A DNA stretch of 64,000 nucleotides from Zestosphaera sp. GTDB lineage: Archaea > Thermoproteota > Thermoprotei_A > Sulfolobales > NBVN01. How positions within the stretch are numbered: position 1 is the first letter of the stretch; each line of letters begins with the position of its first letter. The position numbers were made by a program, and so were the translations under genes. The stretch covers positions 543,924 to 607,923 of the forward strand of contig JAVYVJ010000001.1 of the NCBI GenBank assembly GCA_038727705.1, given 5' to 3'. Under the pieces are notes generated by a model, which saw only the letters and a list, made by a program, of their open reading frames with translations, did no database searches and was not told where the DNA came from. This document shows positions 1-8,719 of the stretch, piece after piece.

Positions 1-152
1 AGGAGGGTGGTCTTTCCAGCGCCGTTGGGACCTATCAGGCCGAAAACCGATCCCTCCTTCACGTCAAGACTAACGTTATCGAGGGCTCTGACCTTACCAA
101 AGCTCTTCACTACCCCGTTAATAGATATGGCCACTCCATTGACGCCTCTCAT
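1..152 (-). CDS. ABC transporter ATP-binding protein, N-terminal fragment (gene runs off the left edge)
   Basis: Manual minus-strand translation from ATG at 152-150 gives [50 protein letters not shown], an ABC ATPase N-terminus with Walker A (GPNGAGKT). It is absent from the ORF track because it is truncated by the window edge. Confidence 0.75.
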   Translation of the reverse strand, partial: MRGVNGVAISINGVVKSFGKVRALDNVSLDVKEGSVFGLIGPNGAGKTTL

Positions 153-239
153 CGATCCCCACCAACAAAAGTATAGAGGATCTGAGTTAAAGTAAATATA
201 GCTTCGTGAAGATTATCCTCACAGGACGGTGTCTTAGGG

Positions 240-1184
240 GTGGGCCTTGAGGAAGTTCTCATCGTTGGCGGCGGGGCCGTAGGGACGTTAATAGCTCATG
301 CATTGATTGAGTCCGGCGTGCGTCCCTACGTACTGTTTAAAGACCGTCAACAACTCCTCTTAGTTGAGAAGAGCGGTTTGAAACTCCACTTAACCGACGG
401 CTCTGTAGCAGTGGTTAACGATGCCCACTTCATAACGTATGAGGAATTGAAAAGGCTTAGAGCTTTCGAGCTAATTGTGATAGCCACCAAGGCCTACGAT
501 TTTTCAGAGGCGCTGAAGTCCGTGAGCACACATTTAAGCCCGGAGGGCGTCCTGCTGACATGTCAGAATGGGTTGAGATCGTATGAGGAGGCGCTTGAAA
601 CTCTAGGTCCCAGCAAGGCCGCAGCGCTAGTGCTGAACCACGGCGTGTATAGAGTCCGCTCTCATGAATTTGAATGGATTGGCGGATCCACCAGTTATTT
701 GGGATCGAGAGGGGTTTCTGCGGAGTTACTTAAGCGGATTTCATCGCTTCTGAAAATCCTCTCGGTTAACGCGGTCAACGACATAGAACCCTATAGATGG
801 ATTAAGCTCTCCGTCAATGCGGCCGTAAACCCCCTGACAGCACTACATGGCGTTAAGAACAAGTATATAGTGATGGATGAGAACCTCTTCAAAGCGGCGG
901 TTAAGGTTGTTGAGGAAGTGCGTGACGTCGCAGAGAAGTTTAACGTGAGATTCTATGAAGACCCCCTAGAGGAGATGGTGAGGGTCGTTAAAGCCACGGG
1001 AGAGAACTACTCCTCTATGTGTCAGGACTTGATGAACGGGAGAAGAACCGAAGTCGATTACATAAACGGTGAGGTGGTAGTCAGGGGTAAGAGAGTTGGT
1101 GTGGAGACCCCCTTCAACGAGCTGCTGTGGTTAATGATTAAGTTCAAGGAGTCTCGCGGAATGAAATCTGGTGGTGTAAATTAA
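240..1184 (+). CDS. panE: 2-dehydropantoate 2-reductase (ketopantoate reductase, ApbA/PanE family)
   Basis: 314 aa with an N-terminal Rossmann motif (IVGGGAVG) and overall ApbA/PanE-like layout. It sits directly upstream of panB in a CoA gene cluster. Confidence 0.8.
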   Translation: MGLEEVLIVGGGAVGTLIAHALIESGVRPYVLFKDRQQLLLVEKSGLKLHLTDGSVAVVNDAHFITYEELKRLRAFELIVIATKAYDFSEALKSVSTHLSPEGVLLTCQNGLRSYEEALETLGPSKAAALVLNHGVYRVRSHEFEWIGGSTSYLGSRGVSAELLKRISSLLKILSVNAVNDIEPYRWIKLSVNAAVNPLTALHGVKNKYIVMDENLFKAAVKVVEEVRDVAEKFNVRFYEDPLEEMVRVVKATGENYSSMCQDLMNGRRTEVDYINGEVVVRGKRVGVETPFNELLWLMIKFKESRGMKSGGVN

Positions 1185-1230
1185 TCCCAACGCTATTTTA
1201 ATTGCTGAGCACTATAATTGTGGGGCTCAT

Positions 1231-2082
1231 ATGAATGACAAGGTATATCCACACGACTTTATAAAGAAGAAGAAGTCAGGCGAGAAGATAGTCATGACCA
1301 CTGCATACTCCTACTACGACGCCGCTTTAGCCGATAAAGCGGGTGTTGATGGGTTACTCGTAGGCGATTCCTTAGGCATGGTCATAATGGGTTATGCGTC
1401 AACGCTTCCGGTCACACTCGAGGAGGTGAAACATCACCTCAGAGCAGTAGTTAACGCGAGGCCTAAGGCTCTAGTAGTAGCTGACATGCCCTTCCTTAGC
1501 TATGAGGTAAGCATACCTGAAGCTATCAGGAATGCCGGTGAGCTGATCAAGTTGGGGGCTGACGCCATCAAGATTGAGGGGGGTCTCGAGGTATGCGACA
1601 CCGTTAAAGCCTTAACTAGAGCGGGGATACCCGTAATGGGACATATAGGGCTTAACCCTCAAAGGTACCTGATGATCGGTGGATACAAACTCAGAGGTAA
1701 GAACGTTGAGGACGCGCTCGAGATAGTTGAGGCCGCGAAGGCTCTTCAGGAAGCTGGGGCATTCTCAATAGTTATAGAGTTCACGACATGGCAGGTAGCG
1801 GCTGAGGTAACTAATAGGTTACGCGTACCGACCATCTGCATTGGGGCAGGTGGTCAGTGCGACGGTCAAATACTGGTTATACATGATCTACTAGGCATAA
1901 ACCCCGCACCACCCCCGTTCGTCAGAAAATACGCTAACCTATACGAACAAGCGATAGAGGCGCTAATTAAGTATGCCGAAGACGTTAGAAAGGGCACTTT
2001 TCCGGGTTCCGGCGAGTTCTGGAGCATGAGCGAAGAGGAATTCAGGAAATTTAGGGAGAGGCTTGGTGGAACGACTTTTTAA
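1231..2082 (+). CDS. panB: 3-methyl-2-oxobutanoate hydroxymethyltransferase
   Basis: 283 aa with typical PanB segments (MTTAYSYYDA, LLVGDSLGMV, ADMPF, IKIEGG, GHIGL). Confidence 0.9.
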   Translation: MNDKVYPHDFIKKKKSGEKIVMTTAYSYYDAALADKAGVDGLLVGDSLGMVIMGYASTLPVTLEEVKHHLRAVVNARPKALVVADMPFLSYEVSIPEAIRNAGELIKLGADAIKIEGGLEVCDTVKALTRAGIPVMGHIGLNPQRYLMIGGYKLRGKNVEDALEIVEAAKALQEAGAFSIVIEFTTWQVAAEVTNRLRVPTICIGAGGQCDGQILVIHDLLGINPAPPPFVRKYANLYEQAIEALIKYAEDVRKGTFPGSGEFWSMSEEEFRKFRERLGGTTF

Positions 2083-2091
2083 CGTTCCCAC

Positions 2092-2874
2092 CTACCTTAG
2101 AGATAGTCCGAGGCTCGTTTGTGATAGATTCCCTAGTCTATCAATAATGTGTCTTAACGTTTGGGAGAGGACCTCGTTGTTATCGTAGTTACTCAATATG
2201 TTGGTTAACACCTCCTTCGGTGCCGTGCTCAGTTTCTCTGCATATTCTATCATCTTAGGCACCGCCCTCACGACGTTATCAACTATTGTTATCGTAGCTG
2301 CTCTAGAGGTTCTTGAAAGTGGGTTCAAATCAATGGCTATTACTGTTTTACCCAGCCTCCTCAGGGCTTCAGTTCTGTCTCCATCCTCAAGAGGTACTAG
2401 AACAACATCGGAGGTTAGTATCCCCCTGGGGCTGACCTTCCTCCTCTCACTCAGCAATTCGGGGATCTCCGCCACTGCATCATCGACTCCCAACACCTCT
2501 CGAGCCCCGTAAGCCTTAAGGATCTCGGCTATCTTCCTCACACGTTCCTCACTCCTGTAGAATAGATTCACCTCCAACTTAGCGTTAACAACCTCCGCCA
2601 ACCTCACCACACCTTCAGGAACTAGGACAGCCACGTTTCCGTTCACCGATATTACCGGATTCTCAGCCAATAGCAACGCGGCCGCAGCGGCTTCAATGGC
2701 CTTCAGAGCCGGCTCTATTGTTCTCTCACCTATGATGTAGTCAAAGCATTCCCCCCTGCCGTGAGCTATCAAGCCCGCCCTAGCGACGTAGCCCTCCTCA
2801 AACCCTTTAATTAACTTCTCCCTAATGATCAAGGACTCGTATCTAGGGTGGGTACGCGGTATGTTGATCTCCAC
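2092..2874 (-). CDS. archaeal phosphopantothenate synthetase (4-phosphopantoate--beta-alanine ligase, COG1701-like)
   Basis: 260 aa with an N-terminal HPRYESL...AHGRGECFDY segment recalled from the archaeal PPS family. It neighbours pantoate kinase and coaBC. Confidence 0.75.
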   Translation of the reverse strand: MEINIPRTHPRYESLIIREKLIKGFEEGYVARAGLIAHGRGECFDYIIGERTIEPALKAIEAAAAALLLAENPVISVNGNVAVLVPEGVVRLAEVVNAKLEVNLFYRSEERVRKIAEILKAYGAREVLGVDDAVAEIPELLSERRKVSPRGILTSDVVLVPLEDGDRTEALRRLGKTVIAIDLNPLSRTSRAATITIVDNVVRAVPKMIEYAEKLSTAPKEVLTNILSNYDNNEVLSQTLRHIIDRLGNLSQTSLGLSLR

Positions 2875-2997
2875 CTTTCAGCACCATGGCATAACTACTT
2901 TTGCAGGACTAATATTCCTTGCCTAACTGAATCGTTGTCGGGCACCTCAGTGACGATGGTTTAGATGAACTCTGCCGGCATCAAAACAGCTAGTGAG

Positions 2998-3870
2998 TTA
3001 GATAAGCATTGCAGTGCCTTCAAGCGAGGGCTCAAACACCCCTACAAGTCTGATGCCGAGCCCCTTGATCGACTCCAGCAGTTCCTCGCTAGGTCTGCGT
3101 GAAGTGATCACAGCTAAAGTCCCCTTCTTAACGAAGTACGTTAAGACCTCCCCAGATCTTAGGTACTTACCTAGTCGATCCATGAGCGTGGAGTCCAACT
3201 CACTGGGTAAGAAAATGGACTTGCTGAATTCCCGTGTTAACTCGAGGAACCTGTCGAACGAGGGCTCCTTCAAAAACCTTCTGAAAACGTTACCGCCCAC
3301 CTCCCTTATCTTGCTGCCGTAGGTCTTAAGCATGAGGGGCGTGGTAAGGTCACGTCTAATCAGGCAAGCTACCAAGTTGATTGAGTCCCTGATTGGGCAC
3401 ACATCGACTTCGCCAACCCCTGGAGCGCCGGGCTTCACCCTGACAACTAGCCCGCCACCCCGCAGCTCGGCAACGACGTCGCCTAACCCCGTCATCATCG
3501 TCACCTCCGCCTCATGCGCTATGACACCTGCCCTGGCTAAAGTCAAGTCCCTCCCGGATCCGAGCAACGCCGATGAAGCTAAACTTATTGAGAGGGCGGC
3601 GCTGAAGCCTAAACCCTCCCCTAGGTACGCCGGGGTGGTGATCTTGGCGTTAATTAAGTTAACGCCAGTGAGGTTCTTAACGCATTCGATCAGGCCGTGA
3701 TGCAGCATGTTGGAGCCGACGAGCACCTCGTCTTTCCCATTCCCCGCCACGTGTGCCTCTACCCACGGTCTTAAAGTTATTCCAGCCCCCAGTGAGCCTG
3801 TAGTCAGCGGGTCGTCGGTTATGTGGGGGACCCAGAAGCCGGAGATGTGGAGCGGCACCCTAATGAGCAC
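2998..3870 (-). CDS. pantoate kinase (GHMP-kinase family, COG1829-like)
   Basis: 290 aa with a GHMP motif (GEGLGFSAALSISLA). It overlaps the coaBC stop by 11 nt. The PoK/PPS pairing is typical of the archaeal CoA route. Confidence 0.72.
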   Translation of the reverse strand: MLIRVPLHISGFWVPHITDDPLTTGSLGAGITLRPWVEAHVAGNGKDEVLVGSNMLHHGLIECVKNLTGVNLINAKITTPAYLGEGLGFSAALSISLASSALLGSGRDLTLARAGVIAHEAEVTMMTGLGDVVAELRGGGLVVRVKPGAPGVGEVDVCPIRDSINLVACLIRRDLTTPLMLKTYGSKIREVGGNVFRRFLKEPSFDRFLELTREFSKSIFLPSELDSTLMDRLGKYLRSGEVLTYFVKKGTLAVITSRRPSEELLESIKGLGIRLVGVFEPSLEGTAMLI

Positions 3871-5140
3871 TACCTAACTCCTCTCTAACCATATCTACTA
3901 TTCTTCTTGCCACCACTTCCTTTAGAGACTTCTTAACTACCTCTCTACGACCCTTTCTAGTCACTATGATTACCTCGTTATAGTCGACTGCGAACCCGGT
4001 GTCAGTCCGGCCCACGTCGTTAGCTACAATCATGTCGAAACCCCTACTCTCCATCTTATCCTCCGCATACTTAACCAGCTTGTCGAGATCCCCTCTGGCG
4101 ACTTCGGCGGCGAAGCCTACTACAAGGCCTGAGTACTCCCTCCTTAAGCTAAGCGATATCTTAGGCGTGGCTTCCAACTCCACGCTTAGCCCGCCCACAT
4201 CCGACTTGATCTTCCCTTCACTGGTCACCTTAAACCTGAAGTCCACAGGCGCCGCAGCTAGGATGACTGCGTCGTATTTCCTACTCCTGACCTCCGCTGT
4301 CACAGCATTAAGCATCTCTTCCGTGGTCTCCACTTCAACGCTCTTAATGTAATGCGGCCTGCTCGTTGACAGAGGCCCGTGAACCAGCGTGACCTCCGCC
4401 CCCCTGAAGTACGCCTCCCTAGCTATTGCCACACCCATCTTACCGGAGCTCAAGTTGGTCAGAAATCTCACGTCGTCCAGGCGTTCCCTAGTAGGGCCGG
4501 CCGTAACCAGCAGTCTTAACCCGTGTAAATCCCTCCCTCGTAGTGTGGAGGCCTCCACAGCCGCTAGAATATCTTCGTCCTCTGGGAACTTAGCCTTGCC
4601 CTCGGAGACTTCCGGGTGAACTACGGTTGCACCTAGCTCCTCAAGACGGTTCAATGAAGCCGTTACCGGGGGTGAATGCCACAAGCCTGAATGCATGGCT
4701 GGAACTATTATCAAAGACTTCCTGAGCCCCATCATGTTGACAGCGACGAGCGAGACAGGGTTATCACACACGCCATGAGCGACCTTACTTATTATATCTG
4801 CGGTGGCCGGCGCTAAGACGAAGGAGCTAGCCTCCCTCCCTAGAGAGACGTGACCAACCTCACCCTCGAACTTCGTGAGCACCTTACTCCCGACGGCCCA
4901 CTCGACCAGTGTGGGATTCAGCAACTCGGTTGCCGCCTGACTCATGACCACGTGGATCTCTGCCCCCCTCCTGATTAGCTCACGCATAATATCGATAACT
5001 TTATAGATGGCGACGGATCCCGTGAGTCCAAAGCCTATCTTAATGCCTTCTAAGTGCCTAGAGCGAGAACCCCTTATCTCATCAACTGGGTGGAACTCCA
5101 GCTCCCTCAGCATTATACGTTCATCCAACAACAATTCCAC
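3860..5140 (-). CDS. coaBC: bifunctional phosphopantothenoylcysteine decarboxylase / phosphopantothenate-cysteine ligase
   Basis: 426 aa. The N-terminal flavoprotein domain carries GLTGSVAIYK and PAMH. The C-terminal DFP domain carries VTAGPTRERLDDVRFLTNLSSGKMG. Confidence 0.9.
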   Translation of the reverse strand: MELLLDERIMLRELEFHPVDEIRGSRSRHLEGIKIGFGLTGSVAIYKVIDIMRELIRRGAEIHVVMSQAATELLNPTLVEWAVGSKVLTKFEGEVGHVSLGREASSFVLAPATADIISKVAHGVCDNPVSLVAVNMMGLRKSLIIVPAMHSGLWHSPPVTASLNRLEELGATVVHPEVSEGKAKFPEDEDILAAVEASTLRGRDLHGLRLLVTAGPTRERLDDVRFLTNLSSGKMGVAIAREAYFRGAEVTLVHGPLSTSRPHYIKSVEVETTEEMLNAVTAEVRSRKYDAVILAAAPVDFRFKVTSEGKIKSDVGGLSVELEATPKISLSLRREYSGLVVGFAAEVARGDLDKLVKYAEDKMESRGFDMIVANDVGRTDTGFAVDYNEVIIVTRKGRREVVKKSLKEVVARRIVDMVREELGSAH

Positions 5141-5193
5141 TATAGAGTATTAAATATAATTGCAGGCCCCTCGTTAATTACTTGGGTACCTAA

Positions 5194-5670
5194 ATGACTG
5201 GAGCGCACATAAGGAAGGCGAGGCCGGAGGATCTGCCTGCCGTCATAAACATAAACATGATCTCACTTAAGGAGCATTACCCTGAAGACTTCTGGAGGCA
5301 GCATCTTGAGACGTGGGGTGAGGCCTTCCTGGTCGCTGACGCGGGTTCGACGGTAGTTGGCTACATCATGTGCAGGGTTGAGAGGGGGTTAGGCTTCATA
5401 AACAAGTCCCTCTTTAAGAAGGTGGGGCACATTATCAGCATCGCCGTTCACCCGGACTACAGGGGGAGGGGGATAGGGTACTCATTGATGGTTGAGGCGT
5501 TGAGGAAGTTAAAAGACTTCTACAGGGCGAGCGAGGTGTATCTCGAGGTCAGGGTCAGTAATGAGCCGGCTATTAGGCTCTACGAGAAGTTGGGCTTTAA
5601 GAAGGTTCAGAGAGTCAGGTTCTACTACCTAGACGGTGAAGACGCCTGGGTTATGGCTAGGGAGATCTAA
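5194..5670 (+). CDS. GNAT N-acetyltransferase (RimI/Ard1-like)
   Basis: 158 aa with the acetyl-CoA binding motif (IAVHPDYRGRGIGYSL) and a GNAT fold pattern. Confidence 0.8.
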   Translation: MTGAHIRKARPEDLPAVININMISLKEHYPEDFWRQHLETWGEAFLVADAGSTVVGYIMCRVERGLGFINKSLFKKVGHIISIAVHPDYRGRGIGYSLMVEALRKLKDFYRASEVYLEVRVSNEPAIRLYEKLGFKKVQRVRFYYLDGEDAWVMAREI

Positions 5671-6213
5671 GGGATTGAGGTCCACGTCGAGGTGTTTGGT
5701 GTGCTTGCTCATCACGGCTAACTGCGTGCTCCCGTAGAACTCAACGCAATCCCTACTACCTAAACTCACAAAGAGTCTTGGCTTTACATTACTGATGAAT
5801 TCAGTAAGCTCCGGCAATCCTACCCTAATGTTCAGTCTATCCACAGTATCGCAGTAACCAAGAGCTGGCATGCATGAGAAAATCAACACATTACTCGAGC
5901 TCATGCTATGAAGTAATTCCGCAACTCTCGATATGCAGTAGTGCGGGTCCACGCCGTTAATTCCGGCTAGGGTGTACTGATCCAGAGTAATCACGTGTGC
6001 GTCAAGCGACCTGCCAGTAGCTCTAGTGGACTTAGCTACGTATATGTCGTCGTACTTCCCAGTAACTATGTAGAAGGGTTTCTTAAGAACCTCTTCTACA
6101 TCCCTCAAGGGAATTCTAGGCCCTCCCAAGAATATGTATAGGTCTGCGTTGGCTCTGGTTAACGCGGACAACTCCTTCCTGAGTTTCACCACCCTACCGT
6201 TGAGGATCCTCAA
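5629..6213 (-). CDS. hypothetical protein, weakly metallophosphoesterase-like
   Basis: 194-aa ORF that overlaps the CitG-like gene stop by 20 nt, so it is translationally coupled as the last gene of a 3-gene operon. It shows only a vague calcineurin-like strand/loop pattern and no clear metal-ligand motifs. Confidence 0.4.
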   Translation of the reverse strand: MRILNGRVVKLRKELSALTRANADLYIFLGGPRIPLRDVEEVLKKPFYIVTGKYDDIYVAKSTRATGRSLDAHVITLDQYTLAGINGVDPHYCISRVAELLHSMSSSNVLIFSCMPALGYCDTVDRLNIRVGLPELTEFISNVKPRLFVSLGSRDCVEFYGSTQLAVMSKHTKHLDVDLNPLDLPSHNPGVFTV

Positions 6214-7159
6214 TAATATAGGCGGTCACCTGATAGAGTGCTAGACCTGCTGCAACTATGTCGGATGTAGTCCCTGGGTTTATCCCGTACCTCCTGACGT
6301 GCGCGTCCAGCGTCTCCCACACCCCATCATTGAGGTAAGGCCTTGCGAGTGATAAGTACTTAACTAGGAGGGCTGTGTTTAAGCACCTGCTCTTCAATAC
6401 CAACGTGTCTACGTGTTCCTTAAGCATCTCTGCATGGACGGAGCTCACTCTTTGCAGGAGATCGCCTTCGGGAACCTCGTCCCTCAGGTACCTGCACACC
6501 TTCAGAACCCTCTTAAACCCTGTCACTATCTCATGGCTTACTAGATCCATGTGCATTGAGTCTCTCAGAACTTTCCACAAGCTGGTCTTTCTGAGTGCCC
6601 CCCGGTCCGCGCTCGTTGCTGAGGGGATGGTGCCGAAGTACTCACCCATATGGCTCATCGATGCCTTTCTCAGAGCTGTATAAAAATCCGTACACGGCTC
6701 TTTCTTCAGACCCTCTACCACGGAGGGCATGTACCTCTCAATCAGGCTTTCAACCAACCCCAACCTGCTGTCCGTCTGGCACGCTTTGACGAGAATGTAA
6801 ACCAGCGGTGCGGCGAGCATTACATATCCGAAGGCTGTGTTAGTCCGGACGAGCGGGTGATTGATCGCGTTGAGGATGTACTTCCTCAAACTAGGGCCTA
6901 GTCTGAACCCCCTGTTGCCTAGTGCATCTTTAACCACTCCCTCAAGAGGTTCCTTTATTAAGTGCGGGGTGTATGCGAAACTGACTAAGCTCAACTCCTT
7001 AACGCTCTTATACCCGCTGACGGTGCTTAGTTTCGACGGGGCTAGAGCCTCTATCAGTATCGAGGTCGAGAAGATATCTACAAGCTGTTTAAGGATGTTG
7101 TAACGCCGCCGCATAGTGAACCCTTGACGTCCTTCCGGCCCCCCACTCCCGAAGATCAT
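6194..7159 (-). CDS. CitG-like triphosphoribosyl-dephospho-CoA synthase family protein (COG1767-like)
   Basis: 321 aa. The C-terminal GINPGTTSDIVAAGLAL resembles the CitG motif NLSPGGSADLL, and the internal RTNTAFGYVMLAAPL resembles the CitG NTHKG..LGLL segment. Confidence 0.6.
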   Translation of the reverse strand: MIFGSGGPEGRQGFTMRRRYNILKQLVDIFSTSILIEALAPSKLSTVSGYKSVKELSLVSFAYTPHLIKEPLEGVVKDALGNRGFRLGPSLRKYILNAINHPLVRTNTAFGYVMLAAPLVYILVKACQTDSRLGLVESLIERYMPSVVEGLKKEPCTDFYTALRKASMSHMGEYFGTIPSATSADRGALRKTSLWKVLRDSMHMDLVSHEIVTGFKRVLKVCRYLRDEVPEGDLLQRVSSVHAEMLKEHVDTLVLKSRCLNTALLVKYLSLARPYLNDGVWETLDAHVRRYGINPGTTSDIVAAGLALYQVTAYIIEDPQR

Positions 7160-7860
7160 CTGCTGACCTTCAGGACTATGTAGATCTTATCTATCTCGTT
7201 CTCTATCTGCTCACGCCATCTCTCCCCGATCGCCACGATCGAGAACAACCCCACCGGTGTGGCACCGCTCATGCGTATCAGCTTCACTAGGGCGGATGAG
7301 GTCCTTCCGCTGTTCAGCAGATCATCAACTATTAAAACCCTATCACCGGCTTTGAGCGCGTCCGAAGGCATGAACAGGGAAACCACTGCCGGTGGGTCCC
7401 TCGCTATGTAGCTCACCTGACGGTACTCCTTAACGCCAATTTCAGGCCTCCTCCTGACTATCACCAGCTTTGAGTCAAGCACGTCCGCCGCCATAACCCC
7501 GAGAGGTATCCCGTCGACCTCGACGGTCACCACCGCATCTATGTCATAACGGTGGAACTCTTTGAAGATGACGTAGGATAAGATCTTCAAGATAGGGATC
7601 TCATCTATTATCATCGACAGGCTTATTATGTTGTCGACCTCCACAAGCCTATCCTTAAGGATCTCCTCAATCACTCGTTGATTCGTGAGCACTTCAAACA
7701 ATTCAAGAGATCTTTCCTTAGTCGGGCGTATGCGTTTATTTATATACCTCCATAAGCCGGGGGCTGTTAAGCCTGTGAGGTTTTCAAGGTCTCTGTACTT
7801 AAGAATTTTCTTGTAAGCACTTAATAACTCGACCGCCATTAACCTCATATCAGTGTCCAA
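7156..7860 (-). CDS. wHTH-domain phosphoribosyltransferase (type I PRTase fused to an N-terminal DNA-binding-like domain)
   Basis: 234 aa with a PRPP-binding loop (VLIVDDLLNSGRT) in the C-terminal half and a helix-turn-helix-like N-terminal ~70 aa. It has a 4-nt overlap with the downstream CitG-like gene. Confidence 0.7.
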   Translation of the reverse strand: MDTDMRLMAVELLSAYKKILKYRDLENLTGLTAPGLWRYINKRIRPTKERSLELFEVLTNQRVIEEILKDRLVEVDNIISLSMIIDEIPILKILSYVIFKEFHRYDIDAVVTVEVDGIPLGVMAADVLDSKLVIVRRRPEIGVKEYRQVSYIARDPPAVVSLFMPSDALKAGDRVLIVDDLLNSGRTSSALVKLIRMSGATPVGLFSIVAIGERWREQIENEIDKIYIVLKVSR

Positions 7861-8289
7861 TCAATCTCACCCTTCCATAGGACATATTTAAGAAAACCTA
7901 ATATATGCAGAAACACTTTAAACAGGCAAATCCAGAGGAACAGATGGAATTACGGCTGTCTAGATCCCAGATCCCGCAGGGTTCTTTTTATAGCCCCACC
8001 TCCGCAACCAGAGCTAGATGCGCGTAGCTTCATAAAGAAGTTTGATGCCTTAATGGCGTGTTTGATTTCGAAGGAGCTTGGGAGGCTCATTTACAGATCT
8101 TTGAGTCTTTGAGTGAGAAGCATGTAAGTAGCATCCTTTTCAACTCCCGTTGAGCGCCCTCCGACTGAAGTTGGGATTGTCGGATATGGTGTTGCCAAGA
8201 CACTGGAGGGTAACTACGTGCCTTCGAGAGAGGTCGTGCGCAGTGGTAGCTACTAGAGAGTGACGTAAGTTCACAGTCTAATGAGAGTT

Positions 8290-8339
8290 GGGGGTTAGAG
8301 GAAACCACGCTAAAACAACCTAGAACGGAGAGCGATGTG
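8290..8339. repeat. solo diverged copy of the IS right-end region (direct repeat of 9941-10010)
   Basis: Block 8290-8309 matches 9941-9960 at about 13/20. Block 8310-8339 matches 9981-10010 at 23/30. It includes a third copy of the core CTA(A/C)AA(C/A)AACCTAGA. Confidence 0.6.
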
Positions 8340-8353
8340 TTAAGATCTCTTGC

Positions 8354-8641
8354 CTACTCTGACTCAACACCCCCTACCGCCTTCTCCAGGAAGTTGGGGT
8401 CGCCTAAGTCGTTGGCTAGTCCCTGCGTTATTACCTTAAGTATTTTCGATAAGCTCTCGTTCAGGCTGATCACTTCATCAAAGACTATTAGTCTTGGTTG
8501 ATCGTTTGTCGACATGACTACGAGTGATACATTGACCCCTATTTCCTCGGTGATGTAGTTCTTTATCTTCAGTAACTTCCTCATATAGGCTTTATTCATT
8601 TGAGGGGGTATCTCGGCGACTAAAGTCAGGACTTTCATCAA
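8354..8641 (-). CDS. hypothetical small protein (95 aa)
   Basis: ORF with an alternating hydrophobic pattern and no recognisable motif. It lies between the solo IS-end copy and the TnpB-like element. Confidence 0.4.
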   Translation of the reverse strand: MMKVLTLVAEIPPQMNKAYMRKLLKIKNYITEEIGVNVSLVVMSTNDQPRLIVFDEVISLNESLSKILKVITQGLANDLGDPNFLEKAVGGVESE

Positions 8642-8719
8642 GCACCACGTGATATACTTGTGATTGCTTTTCCTTTTAAGGGGTGAGGAAAGTCGAGGGT
8701 GTGCAACTGTTTTAGTGTG

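Noticed and set aside
7-195. 62-aa plus-strand ORF at the window start
   Set aside because: It is antisense to a clear ABC-ATPase N-terminus (Walker A) on the minus strand.
2198-4619. Plus-strand ORFs (104, 102, 122, 117 and 76 aa) antisense to PPS, pantoate kinase and coaBC. Similar antisense ORFs occur throughout, for example 6375-7103, 18026-19342, 33461-34552, 44677-45720, 49145-49819 and 62643-63542.
   Set aside because: These are shadow ORFs fully embedded opposite strongly supported genes, with Ser/Leu/Thr/Pro-rich composition and no motifs.
8087-8308. 73-aa minus-strand ORF
   Set aside because: It is low-complexity (Ser/Leu/Gln-rich), has no start context, and overlaps the solo IS-end repeat. 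It is treated as non-coding.
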